A DNA stretch of 64,000 nt from Candidatus Latescibacterota bacterium (GTDB taxonomy: Bacteria; Latescibacterota; UBA2968; UBA8231): positions 224,001 to 288,000 of the forward strand of contig CBDCSU010000006.1 of assembly GCA_965221775.1 (NCBI GenBank). The letters run 5' to 3'. Both the position numbers and the translations under genes were made by a program. Every line of letters starts with the position of its first letter. Position 1 is the stretch's first letter. The notes below the pieces were generated by a model that worked only from the letters and a program-made list of their open reading frames with translations, made no database searches and was not told where the DNA came from. This document shows positions 44,358 to 54,532 of the stretch, in pieces.

Positions 44358-46244
44358 TCACCACGGCGGGGCCAGGCCCGGGTCGTGGACGAAGCGCTTC
44401 ATGCCCAGCCCGAGCCGGACGCAGGTACTCGGCGGCAGGGCCAGGGCGAGGGTCTTGCCGTTCACCGGGACGCGCCGCGATCCCCCGTCGACCTCGACCT
44501 CGGTGAACTCGTGCTCGCCCATGCCTCCCGCCTGGATCAGCATCTCCCGGTGTTCCGCCGCGCTTGTGTTCACCACCGTCAGCTCGGCCCGGTCGCCGCT
44601 CAGTCCCGACACCAGGGCGGCCACGTCGGGCGGCAGCCCCGGCCGGCGCCGCTGGATGTCGAAGTGGCGCAGTCTCGTGACCAGCAGACCGCCGTTGTAG
44701 TGCGGCAGAGGGGCGCCCATGGTGAGCTGCACCAGGCCTTCGCAGGTGACCGGGTTGCGCTGCTGGAAGTAGGCGTCGTTGTAGGTGGCGGGGTCCTGCT
44801 CGTCCTGGGCCATGAAGTCGAGGCGCGCCTGCACCTGGTCCAGATTGTGCTCGAGGATCCGCTCGGGATACTCGGGGAACTCGCCGTGGAGGAAGGCCAT
44901 CCAGCCCCAGTCGTGGCCGCCCTGGTCCTTGGTGTGGTGCCACGAGTTGACGGCGAAGGGATCGCCCGACCGCTTGCGGGTCCCCTCGAACCGCCGCGAG
45001 TCGCCCCGGTCCATCGACATGCACCACAGGTGGGCGATGTCGGAGGGGTACATGGGCATGAACTCGAACCAGCCGTCCTGCTGCAGGGCGGTGCCGTCCT
45101 CCTTGCGGACCACGTACCACATCCACTCCCCCGGCTTGAAGTCGACCCGCCCGGGATCGTCGTACTTGTGGGGCACGTAGAGCTGATCGTCGCGCTCGAT
45201 CCCGCGGGAGACGAGGGCGTCGATCTGCGACCTCGGAAACTCCATGTACTCAAGCCGCCGCGTCAGCAGGGCGCAGTTCTGGGCCGCCACCCCCACCGCC
45301 TGGCCGACGCTGTGCCAGCCGTGGGGCCAGGCCCAGCCATACATCGACCCGTACCACTTGCCGCCGGTGTGCTCCCCCACCACTCCGGAGAGGCCGACGT
45401 TGTCGGGCACGATGCCGCCGTTGGCGGCGGCGCGCTCCATCCAGGCCTCGGTGTACTCCACGGCCCAGTCGCGGTACTTCCCGTCCCCCGTCAGCAGCCA
45501 GGCGTTGGCCGCCAGGGTGGTGGCCAGGAGGTTGACCACCGCGTCGCCGCGGCCCATGCGGTCGCGCATGGCCTCGCCCAGCCGCTCGCCCAGTTCGGGG
45601 TTGGCTCGCACCGTGTCGTGGTCGGTGCACCCCGGCACGTCGTAGAACGGCAGGTTGTAGCCCTCGTAGGGCCAGTGCGGACCTTCGTCGAAGGCCCACC
45701 AGGCCGGCCCCTTGCTGCCGTTCCTCGCGCAGCGGATGATGCGGTGCTCCGGGTCGTAGTTGGGCGCCTCCGGGTCCTCGCCGAGGAACAGCCCGGTGAA
45801 GCGCCGGGCCCGCTCGATGTTGGCCTCGTTGGCCGGATCGGCCATGCAGAGCATGTAGAACAGGTAGTTGCCCTCGCCCTGGTGGAACCAGTCGTAGCCC
45901 GGCTGGTACTCCCCCACCACCATGGGGTAGCCGTGCCCCGTGCCGTGCCGGCTCATCTGCTCGTTGATGGCGTCGAACTCCCGCTGGCCGTCGGCCAGGA
46001 ACCGGTCGCTGCCGCCGAGCAGGTAGAAGAGGGGCCAGTTGTGAAAGCTCTCGTAGCAGTCGTCCAGGGCGTCGATGCTCTGGAAGTCGGGGCTTGGGGG
46101 CCAGAGCAGGCGCCCGTCCGGATGGGTGTACCTCTCGAGCGCCCTCGGCGCGGCGTCCTCGATGGCGTCGAAGAGCCGGCGCTGGAGCAGGGCCCACTTC
46201 GGCGGTGCGGCGGCCGACTCGCGCGCCTCCAGGGTGACTGCCAT
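44358..46244 (-). CDS. Conserved hypothetical ~628-aa protein, probable (alpha/alpha) barrel enzyme
   Basis: ATG 46244 after AGGAGG RBS; DDCYESFHNWPLFY, YDWFHQGEG, AWLLTGDGKYRDW, GIVPDNVG, GKWYGSMYGWAWPHG. Confidence 0.65.
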   Translation of the reverse strand: MAVTLEARESAAAPPKWALLQRRLFDAIEDAAPRALERYTHPDGRLLWPPSPDFQSIDALDDCYESFHNWPLFYLLGGSDRFLADGQREFDAINEQMSRHGTGHGYPMVVGEYQPGYDWFHQGEGNYLFYMLCMADPANEANIERARRFTGLFLGEDPEAPNYDPEHRIIRCARNGSKGPAWWAFDEGPHWPYEGYNLPFYDVPGCTDHDTVRANPELGERLGEAMRDRMGRGDAVVNLLATTLAANAWLLTGDGKYRDWAVEYTEAWMERAAANGGIVPDNVGLSGVVGEHTGGKWYGSMYGWAWPHGWHSVGQAVGVAAQNCALLTRRLEYMEFPRSQIDALVSRGIERDDQLYVPHKYDDPGRVDFKPGEWMWYVVRKEDGTALQQDGWFEFMPMYPSDIAHLWCMSMDRGDSRRFEGTRKRSGDPFAVNSWHHTKDQGGHDWGWMAFLHGEFPEYPERILEHNLDQVQARLDFMAQDEQDPATYNDAYFQQRNPVTCEGLVQLTMGAPLPHYNGGLLVTRLRHFDIQRRRPGLPPDVAALVSGLSGDRAELTVVNTSAAEHREMLIQAGGMGEHEFTEVEVDGGSRRVPVNGKTLALALPPSTCVRLGLGMKRFVHDPGLAPPW

Positions 46245-46267
46245 GCGTGGTTTCCTCCTGTACGGCC

Positions 46268-48022
46268 TCAGGGGCCGGGAGCCGGGGCGGGGCGTCCCAC
46301 CTCGCCCTCCACGAGCGTGATGAAGCGGTCGGGTTGCAGGCCGGCCAGGCGCTCGACGGCGCCGCCGGGCCAGTGGATCCGCAGCGAGTCGACCCGCGTC
46401 CGGGAGCCCAGCCCGAAGCTCACCCGCAGGTCCCGCTGCGACAGGTAGCTGAAGCTGCCCCGGACCTCCCGCACTTGGTGGAGGTCCCCCGCCCACACCT
46501 CGATCCGCGCGCCGATGGCGTCGCGGTTGCCGGCCCCGCCCCGGGCGGCGATGGTGAGCCAGTGGCGCGAGTTCCCCCCCTCGTTGCGCAGCAGCGCGGC
46601 CGGCTGGCCGCTGTTGCTGACGACGATATCCGTGTCGCCGTCGTCGTCGTAGTCGCCCACGGCGCAGCCGCGGCTGACCCGCGCCCGGGTCAGGGCCGCC
46701 CCCGCCCGCGACGAGATGTCCCGGAAGCGGTAGCGGCCGGCGGCGTCGGGGCCCTGGTTGCGCAGCAGCTGGTTCGGCTGGCCGTAGCTGCTGGACTCGC
46801 GGAAGGCCGAGGCGTTGTCGAGGACGTGGCCGTTGGCCACGAAGAGGTCCTGGTAGCCGTCGTTGTCGTAGTCGACGAAGGCGATGCCGAAGGAGAGCCA
46901 GCGCAGGCTGACCAGACCGACGCCCGCGGGATAGGAGGCGTGGGGGAAGAACCCGGTCCCCCGGTTCCGGTAGAGGCTGTTGGGCTCGTTCTCGAAATTG
47001 GTGACCACCAGGTCGACGCGGCCGTCGTTGTCGTAGTCGGCGGCGTCGACCCCCATTCCCGCCTCCTCCTGGCCGTCCTCGCCGAAGGCGACGCCGGCCA
47101 CGCCGCCGACCTCGGTGAAACGCCCGCCGCCCTCGTTGTGGTAGAGGAAGTTGGGCACCGCGTCATTGGCCACGTAGAGGTCGCTCCAGCCGTCGTTGTC
47201 GTAGTCGGTGGCCACCACGCCCAGACCCCGCCCGGCCGCGGCCGAGGTGTCCACCAGCCCGGCCAGCCGGGTCACGGTGAGGAAACGGCCGCCGCCCTCG
47301 TTGCGGAACAGGTGATCCTCGGCGCCGGCGAAGTTCCGCGGATGGGGGTAGGCCTCGATGCCTTCTTCCGGGGCCCGCTGTGAGACGGGCAGATAGGCTT
47401 CCAGGTCCTTCCCCGCGAAGGCGAGGTCGTAGTGGACGTAGTTGGCCACGTAGAGGTCGAGGTCGCCGTCGTTGTCGTAGTCGACGAAGGCGCTGCCCGT
47501 GCTCCAGGTGGTGTCCGCCGCCCCGGCCTGGCCGGTGACATCGCGGTACCTCCCATCGCCCTCGTTTCGGTACATCACGTTGCCGCCATAGTTGGTCAGG
47601 TAGAGATCGGCGTCGCCGTCGTTGTCGTAGTCGGCGAAGGCGCACCCCATGCCGTGGCCCGGGTCATCCACCCCGGCGTCGCCCGCCGCCTCCACGAAGC
47701 GGCTGCCCTCATTGCGGAAGAGGGCGTTGACCGGATTCGGCGGACCGGTGTAGCCCGGGAAGGCGGCGCCGTTGACGAAGTAGATGTCCAGATCCTGGTC
47801 GCCGTCGAAGTCGACGAAGCCGACCCCGGAGCCCATCGTCTCCGGGAAGTAGCGCCGGCCGCTGGCCCCGGTGACGTGCCGGAAGTCGACACCGGCCTCG
47901 GCGGCCACGTCGACGTACTCTATCGCTGGAAGGGGTGCGGGTTGAGCGGCCCTGCCCGGCGGCGGGCCCAGGCAGAGGACGACCGCCATAGCCGAGGCGC
48001 TAAGGGCGCCCAGTCGGCGCAT
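46268..48022 (-). CDS. CRTAC1/ASPIC-UnbV family protein
   Basis: Signal peptide from ATG 48022; YFPETMGSGVGFVDFDGDQDLDIY, repeated DYDNDG, SYLSQRDLRVSFGLG...IHWPGG. Confidence 0.9.
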   Translation of the reverse strand: MRRLGALSASAMAVVLCLGPPPGRAAQPAPLPAIEYVDVAAEAGVDFRHVTGASGRRYFPETMGSGVGFVDFDGDQDLDIYFVNGAAFPGYTGPPNPVNALFRNEGSRFVEAAGDAGVDDPGHGMGCAFADYDNDGDADLYLTNYGGNVMYRNEGDGRYRDVTGQAGAADTTWSTGSAFVDYDNDGDLDLYVANYVHYDLAFAGKDLEAYLPVSQRAPEEGIEAYPHPRNFAGAEDHLFRNEGGGRFLTVTRLAGLVDTSAAAGRGLGVVATDYDNDGWSDLYVANDAVPNFLYHNEGGGRFTEVGGVAGVAFGEDGQEEAGMGVDAADYDNDGRVDLVVTNFENEPNSLYRNRGTGFFPHASYPAGVGLVSLRWLSFGIAFVDYDNDGYQDLFVANGHVLDNASAFRESSSYGQPNQLLRNQGPDAAGRYRFRDISSRAGAALTRARVSRGCAVGDYDDDGDTDIVVSNSGQPAALLRNEGGNSRHWLTIAARGGAGNRDAIGARIEVWAGDLHQVREVRGSFSYLSQRDLRVSFGLGSRTRVDSLRIHWPGGAVERLAGLQPDRFITLVEGEVGRPAPAPGP

Positions 48023-48227
48023 GGGACGCGATCCTTGTGTTTGCTGGGGGGCTCTGCGGGTCCCTCGCCTTGCACACGACTCGGATGGCGTCCACCCTTC
48101 GCGGCGGAGTGGCGGCGGCAGGCCGGAACCTCCTTGATTCCGGGCCGGCCCAAGATACCACAACCCGGGGAGAGCGTGCATCCGGGCCGCAAGGCACCAT
48201 CGAATCACTTCCTGACTGGAGCTTCTC

Positions 48228-49676
48228 ATGGAACCTCTGAACTACATCGACGGCCAGTCGGTCGGCGCCTCGGACGGAAAGACCTTTGCTCAGCGCGATC
48301 CGGCCGACCTGGAGCACGTGACCGGCGAGTGGCCCCAGGGAACCTGCGCCGACGCCGAGCAGGCCATCGAAGCGGCGCACGCGGTCTTTCCGGCCTGGGC
48401 GGAAATGGGCGTGTACCAGCGGGCGGAGTACCTGTCGCGGGCGGTTGCCGTGCTGAAAGGGCGGGCCGAGGAAGTTGCCGCCATCCTCACCGCGGAGAAC
48501 GGCAAGACCCTCGACGAAGCGCGCACCGAAGTGGCGTCGGCGGTGCGCGAGATGGAGTTTCAGATCGCCCGGGGGGTCTCCATGTGCGGCCAGACGGCGC
48601 CCTCGGCGCAGGCCGGGGTCTTCGCTTACAGCGTGCGGCGGCCCCTCGGGGTGGCGTCGATCATCAGCCCCTGGAACTTTCCCTTCAACGTGCCGGGACG
48701 GAAGTGCACGCCGGCCCTGGTCAGCGGCAACACCATCGTCTTCAAGCCGGCGAGTCTGACACCCGGAGCCGGGCGGGCCTTCGTCGACATCTTTGCCGAG
48801 GCGGGGCTGCCTCCGGGAGTGCTGAACTTCGTCTGCGGCGGGGGGAGCACCGTCGGAGAAACGATGATCACCCATCCCCTGGTGCAGTCGATCTCCTTTA
48901 CGGGATCGACCGAGGTGGGCCGGGGCATTCAGCGGAGCGCCGCCCAGGGCATGACCCGCACGCAGCTGGAGATGGGGGGCAAGAACCCCGCGGTGATCCT
49001 GGCCGACGCCGACCTCGACATGGCGGCGGATGCCGTCGTCAAGGCGGCCTACGCCTGCGCCGGCCAGTGGTGCACTTCCACGAGCCGCGCCATCGTCGAG
49101 CGCGAGGTCGCCGCCGCCTTCACCGACAAGGTGCTGGAGCGCGTCAAGCGGATTCGCGTGGGAAAGGGGACAGAGGATGGGGTCGACATGGGGCCGGTAT
49201 GCGGCACCGACCAGCTCGAGACCATCGAGGGCTACATCGAGATCGGCAGGGCGGAAGGGGGCTGCCTCGCCCATGGAGGCGAGCGCCTGACCGACGAGGG
49301 CCTCGACAAAGGGTGTTTCATCGCGCCCACGGTCTTCACCGACGTCCAGCCGCAGATGCGCATCGCCCAGGAGGAGATCTTCGGCCCGGTGTTATGCCTG
49401 ATGGCAGCCGAGGATTACGAAGAGGCCCTGGAGATCGCCAATGGCGTCGAGTTCGGCCTCGCGTCATCGATCTTCACGCGGGACATCGGCCGGGCCTTCC
49501 GGTTCCTGGAAGAGACCGACGTGGGGCTGACCCACGTCAACATGATGACGGCCTACCGCGAGCCCCAGCTCTCCTTCGGCGGGGTGAAGGCGTCCGGCCA
49601 CGGGATCCCGGAAGCGGGCGACACGGGGATCGAGTTCTTCACCGAGCACAAGGTCGCCTTCATCAACTATCGCTGA
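48228..49676 (+). CDS. Aldehyde dehydrogenase (alpha-ketoglutaric semialdehyde dehydrogenase-like)
   Basis: ISPWNFP, FTGSTEVG, QLEMGGKNP, AGQWCTSTSR catalytic Cys, QEEIFGPV, FGGVKASG. Confidence 0.92.
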   Translation: MEPLNYIDGQSVGASDGKTFAQRDPADLEHVTGEWPQGTCADAEQAIEAAHAVFPAWAEMGVYQRAEYLSRAVAVLKGRAEEVAAILTAENGKTLDEARTEVASAVREMEFQIARGVSMCGQTAPSAQAGVFAYSVRRPLGVASIISPWNFPFNVPGRKCTPALVSGNTIVFKPASLTPGAGRAFVDIFAEAGLPPGVLNFVCGGGSTVGETMITHPLVQSISFTGSTEVGRGIQRSAAQGMTRTQLEMGGKNPAVILADADLDMAADAVVKAAYACAGQWCTSTSRAIVEREVAAAFTDKVLERVKRIRVGKGTEDGVDMGPVCGTDQLETIEGYIEIGRAEGGCLAHGGERLTDEGLDKGCFIAPTVFTDVQPQMRIAQEEIFGPVLCLMAAEDYEEALEIANGVEFGLASSIFTRDIGRAFRFLEETDVGLTHVNMMTAYREPQLSFGGVKASGHGIPEAGDTGIEFFTEHKVAFINYR

Positions 49677-50451
49677 TGGGCTGGTAGGCCGGGAAGACGC
49701 GGGGATAGGCGCGGCCCGTCGTCTCCTGGCGGGTCGCCGCGTCGATGTAGCAGACGCTGAAGGCGCGGCGCGGGCGATCGGTGCTGTTGGTCTCCGAGCG
49801 GTGCAAGGTCCAGTTGTGCAGGAGCACCACTTCGCCCTTCTCCATCTCCAGGTACAGCCGCTTCTCGTCCGGGGCGTGCAGCGCCCGCTCCTCCGCCGAC
49901 AGTTGATCGCCCTTCTCGGGAATCATGGTGTGGTGCGAGCCGGGGATGATCTGCAGACAGCCGTTGGCAACGCACGTGTCGTCGAGGGCCGTCCACACCG
50001 TGACCTTGGGGGGGATGCTCAGCTGCCAGCCGCCGGCGCCGTCCTGGTGCCAGTTGATCACCACGCCTTGCTCGGCGGGCTTGTTGAAGAACATGGCGCG
50101 GAAGACCGAGACCTCCGCGCCGACGATCCTGGCGGTCAGGTCGCGGAAGAGCGGCTTCTGCATGTAGTCCAGGAACAGCGGGTCCTGCTCCAGATCCTGG
50201 ATCTTGCGGTACTTGAGGGAGGAGCCCTTGAACTTCCTGGTCTGCCGCGAGAGCTCGGGATCGCCGGCCGAAGGGCACAGCTGCATGAGCATGTCATCGT
50301 AGCACACTTCGCCGAGCATGATCTGGTCGATGCGCCTGCAGAGGGCGTCGATCTCGTCCCGGGGAGCGACGTGGCCGAGGCGCACGTAGCCCTGCTCGCG
50401 AAACCGGCCGAGTTCGGCGGCGCTCAGCTTGGGGGCGTGGAGAGCGGTCAT
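49663..50451 (-). CDS. Phytanoyl-CoA dioxygenase (PhyH) family Fe(II)/2OG oxygenase
   Basis: FREQGYV, WHQD, TVWTALDD...NGCLQIIPGSH, LHRSETN...RRA. Confidence 0.9.
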   Translation of the reverse strand: MTALHAPKLSAAELGRFREQGYVRLGHVAPRDEIDALCRRIDQIMLGEVCYDDMLMQLCPSAGDPELSRQTRKFKGSSLKYRKIQDLEQDPLFLDYMQKPLFRDLTARIVGAEVSVFRAMFFNKPAEQGVVINWHQDGAGGWQLSIPPKVTVWTALDDTCVANGCLQIIPGSHHTMIPEKGDQLSAEERALHAPDEKRLYLEMEKGEVVLLHNWTLHRSETNSTDRPRRAFSVCYIDAATRQETTGRAYPRVFPAYQPISDS

Positions 50452-50464
50452 GGCAGGTTGTGCC

Positions 50465-51214
50465 TTACTCCAGCAGAATGCCGCCGTCGAGGACGATGTT
50501 CTTTCCCGTCATCGACGGAGTCCTGCACAGCATTTCGAAGACGTAGAGCAGGTGCGCGGGAGGGACTTCCTGGTTCCACACCTTCATCAGGTTCTTCACC
50601 CCGTCGATCGCTTCGCGCGGCGTGTTGGAGATCATCTGGCCGCTGACGATGACCGGGCTGATGGAGTTGACGCGGATGCCGAACTCCTTGCCCGCCTGCA
50701 CCGCATAGTTGCGGCTGAGCCCGAGGAGGGCCGCCTTGCTGCAGACATAGGGCGCTCCCACGTACAGCCCACCCACCAATGCGGCCAGGGACACGATATT
50801 GATGATTTGCCGGTCGCCGCTGCCATGCTGCATCAGGCCCACCGCGCCCTGACTCATGAAGACCGCGCCTTTGGCATTCACGTCGAGGACCCGGTCCCAG
50901 TTGTCCTCGGTCATGTCGAGGAGCTTCACCTCGCTGAGGAGGCCGGCGTTGTTGATGAGCAGATCGAGGCTGTCGTAGCGTTCGGCGATCTCGGCGTAGA
51001 ACGACTTGATCTGGCCCACATCGCTGAGGTCAACGCGATGGGCGCTGTACTCGCCGCCATGGGACGCGACGGCCTCCTCGGTCTCCTCCTGCGAGGCGAC
51101 ATCCACCAGAATGGGAGTCCCGCCGCGCGAGGCGATGTAGGATGCAAAGAGTCTGCCAATCGTCCCGCCGGAGCCGGTGATGATGCAGCGCCGGCCCTCG
51201 AGGTACTCTTCCAT
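50465..51214 (-). CDS. Short-chain dehydrogenase/reductase
   Basis: IITGSGGTIG, LINNAG, YVCSK catalytic YxxxK, GIRVNSISP, TGKNIVLDGG. Start ATG 51214 chosen (51250 possible). Confidence 0.87.
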   Translation of the reverse strand: MEEYLEGRRCIITGSGGTIGRLFASYIASRGGTPILVDVASQEETEEAVASHGGEYSAHRVDLSDVGQIKSFYAEIAERYDSLDLLINNAGLLSEVKLLDMTEDNWDRVLDVNAKGAVFMSQGAVGLMQHGSGDRQIINIVSLAALVGGLYVGAPYVCSKAALLGLSRNYAVQAGKEFGIRVNSISPVIVSGQMISNTPREAIDGVKNLMKVWNQEVPPAHLLYVFEMLCRTPSMTGKNIVLDGGILLE

Positions 51215-51423
51215 CGTTACGTACTGCTCCACCCCCGTACTGCCCTTCATGATCTTCGTGTCTCCTGGTGCTCACCCGGTGCGAGTCGCTGCGCCTCGGC
51301 GCAGGGCATGAAAGGGCCCCCTCGGAGGGCGGTCAAGGGACGGCCGCCCCGCCTTGACTGGGCGACGAGGAATCTCTTTATGCATAGGCGCGAAACACAC
51401 CCAACGAATAGGGAGCCGATCCG

Positions 51424-52500
51424 TTGACCGAATCTACTCGCCCAACCATCCAGCCGGACGACCTGAAGGCGTTCTGCACCGCCGCCATGGTCAAGGCCGG
51501 TCTCAGCCAGGAGGACGCCGAGCTCAGCGCCCATGTCTTCGTCACCACCGACACGTGGGGCACCTTCACGCACGGCACCCGGCAGATCCGCGGCCTGATG
51601 CAGAATGCGCGTCGGGGACGCCTGGTCGCCGCCGCGAGAGAGAAGGTCGTGGGCGAGGGCCCGTCCTGGGCGATCATCGACGCCTGCGACGGCATGCCCC
51701 CCGCCATCTCCTGCCGCGCCGTCGAGCTGGCCATGGCCAAGGCCCGCCAGAGCGGCATGTGCTACATCGGCATCCGGGGCAGCAGCCACTACGGCGCCGC
51801 CGGGTTCTACGCCAACATGATCGCCGAGAACGACATGATCGGTCTGTCCATGTGCAACGTGGAACCCTGCATGACCGTGCCGGGCGGCAAGAGCCGGGTT
51901 CTGGGTACCAATCCGATCGCTTACGCCGCGCCCACCGGCACCGGCCGCACCGTCATGCTCGACATCGCCACCAGCGCGGTGGCGGCGACCAAGATCTTCG
52001 CCGCCAAGAACGAGGGGCGCAGCATTCCCGACACCTGGCTGGTGGACGAGGAGGGCATCCCCACCACCGATCCCACCGAGTTCCCCGAGAAGGGGGCGCA
52101 GTTGCCCATGGCCGGCCACAAGGGGTACGGCCTGGCCGTGCTGGTGGAGCTGCTGACGGCCACCCTCAGCGGAGCGGCGATGATGAGCGGTGTCCACAGC
52201 TGGGTGGCCGACACGGACGAGCCCTCGAACCAGGGTCACGCCTTCGTCGCCATCGACGTGGGCGCCATGATGCCGCTGGAGGAGTTCCACGCCCGCATGG
52301 ACGCCATGTGCAAGGAGATCAAGAGCGCTTCTCCAGCCACGGGGGGGACGATCTTCCTGCCGGGCGAGATCGAGTGGAACCAGCGGGAGCAGGCCCTGGC
52401 CGAGGGTATCGTCATGCCCGAGGACGTCCTGATCAGCCTGCGGGGACTGGCCGAGGACAGCGGCCTCGACCCCGCGGACTTCCATCTGGACCTGGGCTGA
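51424..52500 (+). CDS. Ldh_2 family oxidoreductase (malate/L-lactate/sulfolactate/ureidoglycolate dehydrogenase type)
   Basis: GTFTHG, SSHYGAAGFY, LGTNPIAYAAP, LDIATSAVA, GHKGYGLAV, FLPGEIE. Confidence 0.9.
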   Translation: MTESTRPTIQPDDLKAFCTAAMVKAGLSQEDAELSAHVFVTTDTWGTFTHGTRQIRGLMQNARRGRLVAAAREKVVGEGPSWAIIDACDGMPPAISCRAVELAMAKARQSGMCYIGIRGSSHYGAAGFYANMIAENDMIGLSMCNVEPCMTVPGGKSRVLGTNPIAYAAPTGTGRTVMLDIATSAVAATKIFAAKNEGRSIPDTWLVDEEGIPTTDPTEFPEKGAQLPMAGHKGYGLAVLVELLTATLSGAAMMSGVHSWVADTDEPSNQGHAFVAIDVGAMMPLEEFHARMDAMCKEIKSASPATGGTIFLPGEIEWNQREQALAEGIVMPEDVLISLRGLAEDSGLDPADFHLDLG

Positions 52501-53385
52501 ATGTCCGATCGATTCTGCCCCCTCAACCTGACCCCCGACGAGCTGGTCGAGTACACGCCCGACTGGGAGGGCGAGCGCTCTGCCGACGGCCGCCCGAAGG
52601 TGCCGGACGAGATCCTCGAGCGGATGCAGGGCGTGACCATCACCCAGGCCTGGGGCGTCGTGGGCGGCGCGGGGTACCAGCACCAGTACGAGGGGGGATG
52701 GCAGCAGACGCATCCCGGCCAGACGCTGGTGGGCCGGGCCCTCACGGCGATGTACATGCCCAGGAGGCCCGCCGTGCGCGCGGTCATGGACGCCAAGGGG
52801 GCCGCCCACGGCTGCATCGGCGACCAGATCTCCTGGCCCATCGACATGCTGGTGCCGGGTGACGTGTACGTGGCCGACATGTTCGGCAAGGTCGACCAGG
52901 GCCCCATCATCGGCGACAACCTGGCGACGGCGATCTACGCCAACTCCGGCAACGGTGTGGTCTTCGACGGGTCGGTGCGCGACCTCGAAGGCATCGAGGA
53001 GATGCCCGCCTTCCCCTGCTTCGTCCGCGGGTGGCATCCCTCCTATGCGTCGCCCACCATCATGCTGACCGGCGTCAACACGGTGGTCCGCATCGGACAG
53101 GCCACGGTCATGCCGGGGGACGTGGTGCTCGGCAAGCGCGAGGGGGTCGTCTTCATCCCGCCCCACCTGGCGGAAACGGTGGTGAAGACCTCGGAGCTGG
53201 TCCGTCTCCGGGACATGTTCGGGCAGCAGCGGCTGCGGGAAGGGAAGTACACCCCCGGCCAGGTCGACGACCGCTGGACCGAGGCGATGGAAGCGGACTT
53301 CTCCGAGTGGCTGGAGGACCACATGGACCAGCTGCCGGTCCCGAGGGAGGCGATCCAGGACCTGCTGAAGGAGAGGACCTGGTAG
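52501..53385 (+). CDS. RraA / HMG-aldolase family protein
   Basis: LVGRALTA, IIGDNLAT, VVFDGSVRD, VMPGDVVLG...GVVFIP. Confidence 0.85.
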   Translation: MSDRFCPLNLTPDELVEYTPDWEGERSADGRPKVPDEILERMQGVTITQAWGVVGGAGYQHQYEGGWQQTHPGQTLVGRALTAMYMPRRPAVRAVMDAKGAAHGCIGDQISWPIDMLVPGDVYVADMFGKVDQGPIIGDNLATAIYANSGNGVVFDGSVRDLEGIEEMPAFPCFVRGWHPSYASPTIMLTGVNTVVRIGQATVMPGDVVLGKREGVVFIPPHLAETVVKTSELVRLRDMFGQQRLREGKYTPGQVDDRWTEAMEADFSEWLEDHMDQLPVPREAIQDLLKERTW

Positions 53386-53386
53386 C

Positions 53387-54532
53387 CTACCCGGCGCCGT
53401 CCCCGTCGAAGAACCCCAGGTCCTCGCGCGCGGCTCTGCGCGCCGCCTCCTCGTCGAGGGTGACGCCGAGACCGGGCCCGCGCGGCAAGGGGATGTGCCC
53501 GTCCACGATCAGGTTCCGCTCCACCGTCAGGCTGCTCCAGACCTCGTTGTCGAGGTGGTGGAACTCGAGTACCTGGAAGTTGGGGGAAGCGGCGCAGACG
53601 TGGGCCATCGCCATCGTGCCGATCGGTCCGCAGATGTTGTGGGGTGAGATCGGCATGTAGTAGATGTCGGCGAGATCGGCGATCCGCCGCCCTTCCGACA
53701 GACCTCCCGCCTTGGCGAGATCCGGCGAGATGATGTCCGTCGCCTGGGTCTCCACCAGCTCCCGGAACCCGTGCCGCGTGTACAGGTTCTCCCCCGTGCA
53801 GATCGGCACCCGCGTCGCCGCCTTCACCTCTTTGAGGGCGGCCACGTTCTCCGCGGGGACCGGGTCTTCCAGCCACATCAGGTCCAGCTCTTCGAAGGCG
53901 TAGGCGACCTTGAGGATGTCGTGGGGCGCGTAGGCCCAGTGGGCGTCGATGAGCAGGTCCGTGTTCGGATGCAGAGTCTCGCGGACCGCGGTGACCACCT
54001 CGACGTGGAAGGTGATGTCGCGATTGCTCATGGTGCGGTTGTAGCGGTCGCGCCGGTCCGGGCGCGGATCGATGTCGAACTTTATGGCGTCGAAGCCGCG
54101 GGCCTCCACCGCCTTGGCCTTGGCCGCCCACGACCCGGGATCGTCGTCCTCGTCGCCGGCGTGGCAGTCGTTGTAGACGCGGATCGAGTCGCGCCAGGCG
54201 CCCCCGAGCAGTTGCCAGATCGGCACCCCGAGGGCCTGACCGGTGATGTCCCACAGGGCCATCTCGATGCCGCTGATGGCGCTCATCACCGCCCCCTGGT
54301 AGTACCCCGACGCCGACATGGAGTCCTTCATGTCGCGGAAGAGCCGGTCCACGTTGCGCGGGTCCTGGCCGATGAGGGCGCGCCGGGTGAGGCGCTCGTC
54401 CACGGCGATGTGGTGAACGCCGGCTCCGTGGTAGGCCTCGCCGAGGCCGGTGATCCCCTCGTCGGTGCGCACCTTCACCAGCACCCACGGCATCGGCTGC
54501 AGCAGGACCGCCCCGACGTCGACGATCTTCAT
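53387..54532 (-). CDS. Mandelate racemase / muconate lactonizing (enolase superfamily) enzyme, probable acid-sugar dehydratase
   Basis: VKVRTDEGITGLGE, SGIEMALWDI, KFD, IDAH, WLEDP, TGENL, PHNI, PGLGV. Start ATG 54532. Confidence 0.9.
   Translation of the reverse strand: MKIVDVGAVLLQPMPWVLVKVRTDEGITGLGEAYHGAGVHHIAVDERLTRRALIGQDPRNVDRLFRDMKDSMSASGYYQGAVMSAISGIEMALWDITGQALGVPIWQLLGGAWRDSIRVYNDCHAGDEDDDPGSWAAKAKAVEARGFDAIKFDIDPRPDRRDRYNRTMSNRDITFHVEVVTAVRETLHPNTDLLIDAHWAYAPHDILKVAYAFEELDLMWLEDPVPAENVAALKEVKAATRVPICTGENLYTRHGFRELVETQATDIISPDLAKAGGLSEGRRIADLADIYYMPISPHNICGPIGTMAMAHVCAASPNFQVLEFHHLDNEVWSSLTVERNLIVDGHIPLPRGPGLGVTLDEEAARRAAREDLGFFDGDGAG

Noticed and set aside
48023-48227. Structured RNA or riboswitch in the divergent intergenic region (likewise 43220-43460)
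   Set aside because: Only short imperfect GC-rich stems; no match to a riboswitch consensus I can recognise. An Rfam/Infernal scan would be needed.
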